Assembly (NCBI GenBank): GCA_049970015.1
Contig: JBMFNT010000018.1
Location: forward strand, 1-16,057
Origin: Candidatus Micrarchaeia archaeon
GTDB lineage: Archaea > Micrarchaeota > Micrarchaeia > CAILAH01
DNA length: 16,057 bases
Reading direction: 5' to 3'
This document shows, piece after piece, positions 1-7,789 of this stretch (positions are counted from its first letter, which is position 1; every line of letters starts with the position of its first letter). The notes under the pieces were generated by a model, which was not told the origin of the DNA, did not search any database, and was given only the letters and a program-made list of their open reading frames with translations. Position numbers and translations under genes: made by a program.

Positions 1-231
1 AATGCACTTTGTATCACTGCTCAATCTACTTCATGTCACTAATACACATCTTGCATGTCTTCAATACACAATAATGTCACTAATGCACTTCGTATCACTG
101 CTCAATCTACTTCATGTCACTAATACACATCTTGCATGTCCTCAATACACAATAATGTCACTAATGCACTTTGTATCACTGCTCAATCTACTTCATGTCA
201 CTAATACACATCTTGCATGTCTTCAATACAC
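1..231. repeat. 81-bp direct tandem repeat, about 2.85 near-identical copies (may extend left of the window)
   Basis: AATGCACTT recurs at 1, 82 and 163. Copy 2 differs from copies 1 and 3 at two positions (ttt/ttc, ctt/cct). Identity ends at about 231. The unit is built from four 19-22 bp related sub-units. Confidence 0.97.
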
Positions 232-238
232 TTTATGC

Positions 239-246
239 TTTATATA
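239..246 (+). promoter_or_regulatory. Putative archaeal TATA box (TTTATATA) for the operon
   Basis: TTTATATA ends 30 nt before the ATG at 276, and that ATG has no Shine-Dalgarno, consistent with a leaderless or short-leader archaeal transcript. There is no clear purine-rich BRE on the + strand. Confidence 0.55.
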
Positions 247-275
247 CTTTAGTGCAGATTTACCCTTGATTAGAA

Positions 276-1520
276 ATGGCAACAATAGGAGAATTGTATG
301 TCCAGAATGCAGAACTGCTCGGTGTTCCTCTAGCCCTTATGCTCTCGTATATAGTGGTTGGCCTTGCTTACATGGTCTCAAAAATATTCTCCTCTCCACA
401 GATCGAACAGTGGAGCAAGGTTGAGTTGAATGAGGCTTTTATTACAACACTTTACGCCGCATCTATACTTGCAATTGTCGGGGTGTTTGATGTTGCAATG
501 TCAGAGTTCGAATCACTGGGAATAATTGTAAGCCCTACAAATATTACAGATGTTGTACAGACCATGGTTGGTATAGGGATGGACCTGGTAGTAAAGATTG
601 CAGGTATGTATTCATATCTAAGCATAGTATCCTGGCTTTCCTATAGTCCTGGGATCTCAATGGATACTTTTCTGGGGCTTGGTAAGACATCTTTTAGTTA
701 TATGTCTTCTCCACTCTCTTTCTTTGGATATGTGCTTGAGCCGTATGGAATACTCCAGACAGTTGCCATAGGTGGTGTGGCATCAGTCATTGGACAGTAT
801 GTAGTCTACATATTAATAAAAGACCTTTTCTTAGGTTATCTTCTACCATTCTCACTTGTGCTGCGCGCATTCCCAATAACAAGGAAGCTTGGTTCAACAT
901 TGCTTGCAATCGTTGTTGGCGCATACTTCTTTTATCCGCTTAGCATGGGTATAATGATGGCATCCACATGTAACCTTAAGTACAATGACCCCACTACGTT
1001 TGCAGATTTTTTTGCTAAGGGTGCAGGCGCTCTCGGATTTGCTTTAATGGAATTTTTCAAGAAACTGCTAGACATGCTAGCATTCCCTGTATATATATAT
1101 CGCTTGATAGAATTTTTGGCAAATAAGTTGGTAGATGAGATGTGCAATGGCTCTTGCAGCGGACTAAACGCACTATGTTGTGGTACTGCATATTATATTG
1201 CAGTTTCTATTGTTTTCTCAATATGGCCATATGTTCTGTACCTTGATTTGTACTATACTGTGTATAAATTGATCTTTGCAATTGTGTCGTTTATAGCAGC
1301 GTTTGTGGCAACGATTGGAACTCTTATAGCGGATCCAACATATTTTGCTGATATGGTGTCTAATAGTGTGCTTGACCACATTGCAGGGTTTTCAGTGCTT
1401 TATGCATATGCATTTTTTGCCCCCATATTCTCTTTCATGTTTACGCTATTGGGCATACGTACAATGCTGACCCTGTTCGGAGGGGATGAAGTGATAGTGA
1501 ATATGCTGTCTTTCTTATAG
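276..1520 (+). CDS. Polytopic membrane protein, paralog 1 of 6 (CedA/VirB6-like by motif resemblance), 414 aa
   Basis: Long hydrophobic ORF with family motifs LAYMVSKIFSSPQIEQWSKVEL, LPFSLVLRAFPITRKLGSTLLAIVVGAYFFYPL and C-terminal APIF...LFGGD. Confidence 0.9.
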   Translation: MATIGELYVQNAELLGVPLALMLSYIVVGLAYMVSKIFSSPQIEQWSKVELNEAFITTLYAASILAIVGVFDVAMSEFESLGIIVSPTNITDVVQTMVGIGMDLVVKIAGMYSYLSIVSWLSYSPGISMDTFLGLGKTSFSYMSSPLSFFGYVLEPYGILQTVAIGGVASVIGQYVVYILIKDLFLGYLLPFSLVLRAFPITRKLGSTLLAIVVGAYFFYPLSMGIMMASTCNLKYNDPTTFADFFAKGAGALGFALMEFFKKLLDMLAFPVYIYRLIEFLANKLVDEMCNGSCSGLNALCCGTAYYIAVSIVFSIWPYVLYLDLYYTVYKLIFAIVSFIAAFVATIGTLIADPTYFADMVSNSVLDHIAGFSVLYAYAFFAPIFSFMFTLLGIRTMLTLFGGDEVIVNMLSFL

Positions 1521-1522
1521 GT

Positions 1523-2428
1523 GTGAAAATGCCATTCTGTGCAATGGATATCCATGGGTATGTACAATGGTTCCCTATACTTTCTCTGCTATTTGTTATA
1601 ATTTGGCTTGGCATATCCCTGGTCTACATGATTTCACGGCTCGCAAACAAACCGGAAGGCGAGGCGTGGGCAAAGACGGAGTTTTATTCATCTATAGTAT
1701 CATTCCTTTTAGTATTCTTTATGTTTGGGATTTCAGAAGTATTCTGTATGACATCACTTGAACTTGCGGGGGGAAAGGACCCATTCCAGGCATCGAGCGA
1801 GTATGTGACAAAGTTTTCAAACAACCTAATACCATCAGAGGTTGCATTCCTCTGGCAGGTTGCAAAAGATGTCAGAAAATCTGTATTCAAAACGATGTTA
1901 TATCCATCATGTATAGTAGGTGGCTGTGTGGCATGGGATGCCGGCAACACATACATAGTTGACAATATTGAGCTTGTGAACTATTTCTCCATACCTTTTG
2001 CCGCTGGGCTTGTTGCCCAGAAGCTTGCACTTATGTTCATTGAAGAGGCAGTGTTTACAATGATAATACCTGCAGGATTTATCCTAAAACTGTTCCCGTA
2101 CACACGTTCTGCCGGTGCATACCTAATCTCTATGGGGTTTGCATTTTACTTTGTATTTCCTATGTTTTATGTGCTCGGAACTTTGGTTTACACGGAAACA
2201 AAAGGTGCAGTGAGTGAAATTGAAGGTGTTATAAGAGCGGTTGGGCCATCAGAATACTTACACTTTGACAACTCTGAAGAGGCATTCCTAAGCATAACCC
2301 GTTTGGCTATGTATGTAATGTATGCACACTTTATACCCTTGCTCGGTATTATATTTTCAATATCTGCGGCACGTGCCCTGTTTGAGTTGTTCTCAACAGA
2401 TTTTCTTGAGGGGGTGAGACCAGTATGA
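1523..2428 (+). CDS. Polytopic membrane protein, paralog 2 of 6, about 300 aa (true start possibly ATG 1529)
   Basis: Motifs LVYMISRLANKPEGEAWAKTEF, IPAGFILKLFPYTRSAGAYLISMGFAFYFVFPM and IPLLGII...LFSTD. AGGTGTG at 1519-1525 fits as an RBS for ATG 1529 better than for GTG 1523. Confidence 0.88.
   Translation: MKMPFCAMDIHGYVQWFPILSLLFVIIWLGISLVYMISRLANKPEGEAWAKTEFYSSIVSFLLVFFMFGISEVFCMTSLELAGGKDPFQASSEYVTKFSNNLIPSEVAFLWQVAKDVRKSVFKTMLYPSCIVGGCVAWDAGNTYIVDNIELVNYFSIPFAAGLVAQKLALMFIEEAVFTMIIPAGFILKLFPYTRSAGAYLISMGFAFYFVFPMFYVLGTLVYTETKGAVSEIEGVIRAVGPSEYLHFDNSEEAFLSITRLAMYVMYAHFIPLLGIIFSISAARALFELFSTDFLEGVRPV
2408..2417 (+). promoter_or_regulatory. Archaeal-type Shine-Dalgarno (GAGGGGGTGA) for the ORF at 2425
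   Basis: Resembles GGAGGTGA and lies 7 nt before the ATG. Related motifs precede the other internal genes (1519-1525, 3747-3754, 4744-4750, 5893-5899, 6963-6968, 7704-7708). Confidence 0.7.
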
Positions 2429-3759
2429 AAAAGCAACTATTCCTGATTGCACTCATACTTTTAGCATCACTCTCATATTCAGAGTCAGAGAAGATATGTA
2501 ATAACGGGAATACGGTCATGAATATAAGCAACAATGAGCTTTACACCTATGTAATGATTATAGTAATGATTCAGATTGTACTTGCCGGGCTTGCATACAT
2601 GTATTCAGGGATTACAATGTCCAGTGAGTTAAAGGCATGGGGAAGGAATGAAATAATGCAGGGTATATTTACACTCATTGTTGTTGCGACATATTTTGGG
2701 CTGGCTACAACTATAGGTACATACCTTTCAGATATGGTAAGTAATCTGGAAACAACAAATGATCACCTCTCTGTCGCAAAGAATGCATGTTTCAATAATG
2801 AAACATATAGATGGTCAGTTGATAATTGCAATACATACAAAGAACTTAAAACCCCTGAGGACAAGGCATTTTATGCAGCCCGCGCATACATTGGCCTTAC
2901 ATATGAACGGTTGGGGGAGATACTGACTAATGCATTGAGAGGGATGTTTTTGTATGGTGCAGTGGATTCATACGCCATTAGTATAGGTTTTGCTGCAGAG
3001 CAGGCAGATTCTTTTGGGATTTACTTTTCATCAGGCTTTCCTATGCATGCAGTGATGATAAACACGCTCAAGAACCTCACAGACCTGATCGTAAAACTTC
3101 TGATGACAATCAAGTTCCAGGAAGCTATATTAATGATTATTAATGAAGGAGGGCTTGGGCAACGCATATTCATACTGGGTATCCTTTTTAGATCAGTATG
3201 GTTCCTTAGAAAGGCAGGCGGCCTTATGATTGCCCTGGGTATAGGCCTTATGTTTGTACTTCCATTTCTGTACATGCTTGGCTGGTATACCATAGATATC
3301 AACCCTTTCAAGGGCATATTTGACAGTACGAGTATTGTCAAACATGAAATAGATACATTTGATACTGCATGGTATAAAACACTTGGTGCTATACAAGGAG
3401 CCTCGGCTGCAACGCTTCTCACACTTTATGCAATAGGTGTGGCAAACCTGTTCAGTGTTGGTGGAAAAATCCAGCTAGCATTTCTCCCGGCTGATGCGAT
3501 ATATTCAATCATGCTCGGAGGAGTTATGATAGAAGCAGGAAACTACTCCTCAGGTAAGGGACTGATTGCTCCAAACCTCTATACTGACTTTTCAAAACCA
3601 GAAAAAGGTATAGGATACTTCGATTTAATCTCGCGCTACCTTCTCATTGCGCTTGCGCTTCCCATTATCAATCTATACTTCCTACTCTCCTTTGTACGTT
3701 CGCTCTCACCGTTGCTTGGCGGTGATCATACAATACCAGGCATAGCGAGGCTGATATGA
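2425..3759 (+). CDS. Polytopic membrane protein with N-terminal signal peptide, paralog 3 of 6, 444 aa
   Basis: Signal-like MKKQLFLIALILLASLSYS. Motifs LAYMYSGITMSSELKAWGRNEIMQ, LGILFRSVWFLRKAGGLMIALGIGLMFVLPF and LPIINL...LLGGD. ATGA overlap with the previous stop, and RBS GAGGGGGTGA at 2408-2417. Confidence 0.9.
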   Translation: MKKQLFLIALILLASLSYSESEKICNNGNTVMNISNNELYTYVMIIVMIQIVLAGLAYMYSGITMSSELKAWGRNEIMQGIFTLIVVATYFGLATTIGTYLSDMVSNLETTNDHLSVAKNACFNNETYRWSVDNCNTYKELKTPEDKAFYAARAYIGLTYERLGEILTNALRGMFLYGAVDSYAISIGFAAEQADSFGIYFSSGFPMHAVMINTLKNLTDLIVKLLMTIKFQEAILMIINEGGLGQRIFILGILFRSVWFLRKAGGLMIALGIGLMFVLPFLYMLGWYTIDINPFKGIFDSTSIVKHEIDTFDTAWYKTLGAIQGASAATLLTLYAIGVANLFSVGGKIQLAFLPADAIYSIMLGGVMIEAGNYSSGKGLIAPNLYTDFSKPEKGIGYFDLISRYLLIALALPIINLYFLLSFVRSLSPLLGGDHTIPGIARLI

Positions 3760-4754
3760 TGGCAGTCATACTAACATGGGCAGAGTTTGCATTGTTCGGT
3801 GCCCTTGTGGCCTACCTGTTCGTGGTCTTGCGGTATATGGTGGCCTCAATGTTTAACAACAGTGAGATGAAAAGCCTAAGTATAATTGAAATCCAATCCA
3901 TCATATTTACACTCATAATATTTGCAACGTTCAGTGCGCTTGACTACTCTTCGCAGATAAACGCTGCAAAGAAAACGATAGAATCATATTATAGTGACAG
4001 CATGGACATTTACAAAGGCATAACTGCCTCAGTAACATTATTGTCAATACTCGCATCTTTTGGTATACAACCTAATATTGGTTCTTTTATTTCGAAATCC
4101 ATATTCCCAGAACAGGCCGTAGACTCTCTGTATGTAGGTATAACACCGTTCTCAGTATTTTCACCGCTCATAACTGCCATCTCATTTTTCCAGTCATTTC
4201 TAGGAATCTCTTTCATAGGCATGCAGATGCATATCAAGCTTCTTGAGATGATCTCAACAACTGGAAAATCAGTGCTTTTCCCACTGGGCATATTCCTTCG
4301 CGCGTTCAAGATAACACGGGATGGTGGCAATGCACTCATTGCACTTTTCTTAGCGCTTTACGTGATGTACCCGCTCACAATAGATTTTATAGATTATGTT
4401 ATCAAGGAAAAATACAGTGAATGTAAAAATGTAAATATTTTACAGTTCGGGAACTTGATGTTTAATGAGGTTATGGCAGCAAAGTTCTTCGATATGCCGA
4501 CAGATATAATTTCACTTGTTCCAGGTTCTAAAGAGTCAATACGGCTCACGGATTACATAAAAGGTCTCAAATCAAACATGTGTAAGTATAAAAATAATAT
4601 ACCAAACTTGATAGGTAATTTCATAGTAATCATAGGTTTCAAGGGGATGTTTGCACCTATTTTTGCACTCATCATAGCTTTGGGGTTTGCCCGCGTGTTT
4701 GCAGGTATCCTGGGCACTGAGGTGGACTTCTCATCCCTTGTACGGGTGATATGA
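3756..4754 (+). CDS. Polytopic membrane protein, paralog 4 of 6, 332 aa
   Basis: Motifs LRYMVASMFNNSEMKSLSIIEIQS, FPLGIFLRAFKITRDGGNALIALFLALYVMYPL and APIFALII...ILGTE. The start overlaps the previous stop (ATGATG). Confidence 0.9.
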   Translation: MMAVILTWAEFALFGALVAYLFVVLRYMVASMFNNSEMKSLSIIEIQSIIFTLIIFATFSALDYSSQINAAKKTIESYYSDSMDIYKGITASVTLLSILASFGIQPNIGSFISKSIFPEQAVDSLYVGITPFSVFSPLITAISFFQSFLGISFIGMQMHIKLLEMISTTGKSVLFPLGIFLRAFKITRDGGNALIALFLALYVMYPLTIDFIDYVIKEKYSECKNVNILQFGNLMFNEVMAAKFFDMPTDIISLVPGSKESIRLTDYIKGLKSNMCKYKNNIPNLIGNFIVIIGFKGMFAPIFALIIALGFARVFAGILGTEVDFSSLVRVI

Positions 4755-4755
4755 T

Positions 4756-5904
4756 ATGCGCAAACATATGCTCCTTGCATTGGTTCTGTTTGCACACGTT
4801 TCGTTTGCAGCAGAAATGAGTGCATGCAACCTTACATTCAACCAGGACTATTATACAATATCTGCAATAGGTCTGGTAATCTCAATACTTCTTCTTGCAC
4901 TTAGGTATATGCTCGGAATGTTGTTTGCTAGCCCTGATGTTGAAGCATCAGTTAAGGTTGAGGTATGGCAGATCGTTGCCACACTTGGTATCTTGATATT
5001 CATTCCAGTGATCCCGCTTGTACTCTGCTCTCTTGACTTCACACCACAGGGAATTGTTGATGGTAATTCAATAGCGGGCGCAAAATCAGACCTTATGATG
5101 AGGGTAAAATCATCTGCAGATGTATATTTAGAGATAGCAGACCTAATGCATGAAGCGGCTGCAATAGGTACAATGCAGTTTGGGTTTTATATTAACAAGA
5201 TTGGTATATTTTTCTCACCTTTTGGAGGATACGCAACCATTGCGCAATTATCTGCACCTCTCGCACAAAGTGCTATAACAACATACTTCGCATCAGTTGG
5301 GTATTACACAATATATGTTATAACGCAATCAAAATCATTCCTCCTTCTCATCCCAATAGGCATTTCCCTAAGATGTTTCCCTATAACAAGAAAGATTGGT
5401 GGCACACTGCTTGCAGTAGGTATAGGTCTTGTCTACATATTCCCTCTCATAGTATCTATCAGCTCCGCCATACTCCCTCCACCTTCTCCTGAAAGCTTCA
5501 ACATAGATGTGCCAAGCTCTGAAGTATACTTCATACCTATGACAACAACTTTCTATGCTATAACTGTTGCTGGAATCATGGTATCAGCAGCAACGCTAGG
5601 GGCGCTACTTGCACCCCTGTCAAGTATAACTGGGTTGTTGATAGAGGGGGCCACATTGTCTTCCATTGCAACTGCTGTGCAATTCTCACAGCTCCTTGGT
5701 TCGGGCGCTAATTTATTCACAGACATTTTGACTGGTGGCGTACTCTCAAGTATAAGTGATGCGTACACTGCACTCGCCTCAATCGTAATACCAGTATTCT
5801 TTATGCCTGCACTTGAGCTGATAGTAGTATCATCAGTGATCCGAAGCCTCTCATCAGTGCTTGGCTCCGAGATAGATATAAGCGGAGTGTTTAGGGTGGT
5901 ATGA
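4756..5904 (+). CDS. Polytopic membrane protein with N-terminal signal peptide, paralog 5 of 6, 382 aa
   Basis: Signal-like MRKHMLLALVLFAHVSFA. Motifs LRYMLGMLFASPDVEASVKVEVWQ, IPIGISLRCFPITRKIGGTLLAVGIGLVYIFPL and MPALELI...VLGSE. RBS GGGTGAT at 4744-4750. Confidence 0.9.
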   Translation: MRKHMLLALVLFAHVSFAAEMSACNLTFNQDYYTISAIGLVISILLLALRYMLGMLFASPDVEASVKVEVWQIVATLGILIFIPVIPLVLCSLDFTPQGIVDGNSIAGAKSDLMMRVKSSADVYLEIADLMHEAAAIGTMQFGFYINKIGIFFSPFGGYATIAQLSAPLAQSAITTYFASVGYYTIYVITQSKSFLLLIPIGISLRCFPITRKIGGTLLAVGIGLVYIFPLIVSISSAILPPPSPESFNIDVPSSEVYFIPMTTTFYAITVAGIMVSAATLGALLAPLSSITGLLIEGATLSSIATAVQFSQLLGSGANLFTDILTGGVLSSISDAYTALASIVIPVFFMPALELIVVSSVIRSLSSVLGSEIDISGVFRVV

Positions 5905-6974
5905 TGGGTATAACTTGGCACACTTCAGCAACCGATATGCTTGCAAACATGGGTAATGAATGGTGGACAATATATCTGCTTATTGCAATTATAGTTGTGA
6001 TTTTCAATGCACTCGTTTACATGATATCACGCCTATTCATACTTCCGCAGATTGAGAGGTATGCAAAGGGTGAGATGTTACAGGCATTTGCAATGGTGGC
6101 AATAGGTGCAATCCTTCTTGCATTCCAGGTGAGCGGTGATTTTGCAATGGTGCCAGGAGGCCGCTCAATAACACAACTAATTGATGAAAAAACTGCAGAG
6201 CAGATTCTTGGTGTGAAAGGATATGCTGCAAACCCTTATGAGGTGGATTATGTATACCTTGTAGCAATCCTCAAAAAGCTTGAGACGGAGTTTATGAATG
6301 CAAGGGCACAGTCAGCTTATGAGATTCCCACAACCATGATGCTCGGTCTAAACATCCTTAGCAATTATGTACCAGTACCACTTACCACCATGTTTGAGTT
6401 TATGTGGAGCAAGTTGTTTGATGCCATACTTCTTGCCGAAGATACAATGTGGCTCTCGATTGCGGCATATTTCCAGCTCAATCTCCTGCAGTGGATTGAG
6501 GCAAGCATGGCTGCAGTATACCTTCCCCTTGGTCTAATATTTCGTGCAATACCAATAACCCGTGGCCTTGGCGCAGCAATGATGGGTATTGCAATAACAT
6601 TGTATTTTGTATATCCGTTCGTGCTTGCAATAATGTTCCTGAGTGGCCCGCCCCTTGAAGGTATAACTATTTCTGTTGAGGAGAAGCCAGCACAGGCAGA
6701 GGGTGGTGGGTCAAAGCCAAAGATATGCCCGGCCGACCCAACAGCTGCGATTGAACTATTGGACAATCCCCAGTTCAAGCCAGACTCGCCACAGAGCAAG
6801 GCAGCATCAGAAAGGATGTCAAGTGCGCTTGGCGCATTCTCCCTAATACAGCTGTATGCATACTTCTATCCTCTTGTTGCAATGTTTGTCTCGCTCATTA
6901 CAGCCAATGCAATAACCAGCATACTCGGTGGGGATCTTTCAGGCATAAGCAGGAGTATATTCAGGGTGTTATGA
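5901..6974 (+). CDS. Polytopic membrane protein, paralog 6 of 6, 357 aa
   Basis: Motifs LVYMISRLFILPQIERYAKGEMLQ, LPLGLIFRAIPITRGLGAAMMGIAITLYFVYPF and YPLVAMF...ILGGD. The start overlaps the previous stop (ATGATG). Confidence 0.9.
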   Translation: MMGITWHTSATDMLANMGNEWWTIYLLIAIIVVIFNALVYMISRLFILPQIERYAKGEMLQAFAMVAIGAILLAFQVSGDFAMVPGGRSITQLIDEKTAEQILGVKGYAANPYEVDYVYLVAILKKLETEFMNARAQSAYEIPTTMMLGLNILSNYVPVPLTTMFEFMWSKLFDAILLAEDTMWLSIAAYFQLNLLQWIEASMAAVYLPLGLIFRAIPITRGLGAAMMGIAITLYFVYPFVLAIMFLSGPPLEGITISVEEKPAQAEGGGSKPKICPADPTAAIELLDNPQFKPDSPQSKAASERMSSALGAFSLIQLYAYFYPLVAMFVSLITANAITSILGGDLSGISRSIFRVL

Positions 6975-7702
6975 TGGAAAAACAGGATATGAAGTTTAAA
7001 ATTGTTGTAATAGCTTTCCTGTTTGTGCTTACATTAGCATTTCTGCTCTTGCTGAGCAACAGGCAGAAAGAGAACGTGGGTATTGAAGGCATGTTTGATA
7101 ATATTAGCAATCGTACACAATCCAATTTCACAGAGCCTTTTAGCCATGATCTTTCTAGTCAGTTAGGTACGAACATTACAATGCCAGGTAATGTAAGTGT
7201 AGACATGCCTACTAAAGCCAATATTACATGCACACCTTACCGGCTTGAAAATATATTATTGGTTGAGAGGGGATACACAGTCAAGATGGAGGATAAGGTT
7301 ATGGATATAAGTGTATATAAAGCAGTCCCTTCATCAAACGGATACATAGTGTCCAGCAAGAGTATGATGAGTTCTGAAGATGTTAATGTAGATGTTGAAA
7401 TGAAATGGTTATTTGATAAGGATTTGAGATGCACTGGTATGGAGATTACAGCACCATTTGTTGGCACCAATTCGTATAATGGCTGCTATTCATATCCCCT
7501 TGGCATCGTTTGCAAGGAATTGATAAGTGATACGCTATACAATGGTACCAAGGAATATAGTGTGATGGGCAGGACATACACAGTTGATGTGTATTCATAT
7601 GAAGGGTTTGAGTTGGGTGTTGGAAGGGAAATCCCAATATTGTTCTATGGATATAGCAAAGATAAAAATATTTCAATCGAACTATATTACATAAAACCAT
7701 AA
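6971..7702 (+). CDS. Membrane-anchored extracellular hypothetical glycoprotein, 243 aa
   Basis: Single N-terminal TM (IVVIAFLFVLTLAFLLLL), then a stalk with clustered sequons (NIS, NRT, NFT, NIT, NVS, NIT), then a beta-rich domain with four Cys. Translationally coupled to paralog 6. Confidence 0.85.
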   Translation: MMEKQDMKFKIVVIAFLFVLTLAFLLLLSNRQKENVGIEGMFDNISNRTQSNFTEPFSHDLSSQLGTNITMPGNVSVDMPTKANITCTPYRLENILLVERGYTVKMEDKVMDISVYKAVPSSNGYIVSSKSMMSSEDVNVDVEMKWLFDKDLRCTGMEITAPFVGTNSYNGCYSYPLGIVCKELISDTLYNGTKEYSVMGRTYTVDVYSYEGFELGVGREIPILFYGYSKDKNISIELYYIKP

Positions 7703-7714
7703 AGAGGAATAGAA

Positions 7715-7789
7715 ATGGGGGTTCACACGTTTAAAAATCACATGTTTCTTGTGCTTATAGTCTTCACATCTATATTCATTCTTGGTTGT
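7715..7789 (+). other. Signal peptide ending in a lipobox-like ILG-C (Cys25)
   Basis: Basic residue, then hydrophobic core MFLVLIVFTSIFIL, then GC (TGT at 7787-7789). This is typical of archaeal lipoprotein-like signals. Confidence 0.7.

Noticed and set aside
1..231. CRISPR array
   Set aside because: Whole 81-bp units are near-identical, with no unique spacers and no cas genes in the window.
2..424. 140-aa ORF spanning the repeat
   Set aside because: It is open mainly because the 81-bp unit lacks a stop in one frame. It overlaps the well-supported gene at 276 by 149 nt and runs across the TATA element. It cannot be fully excluded without upstream sequence.
276..6974. Assigning gene symbols cedA/virB6, or calling an ABC/MFS transporter operon
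   Set aside because: The similarity is motif-level recollection only. No ATPase, EAA loop or MFS signature is visible.
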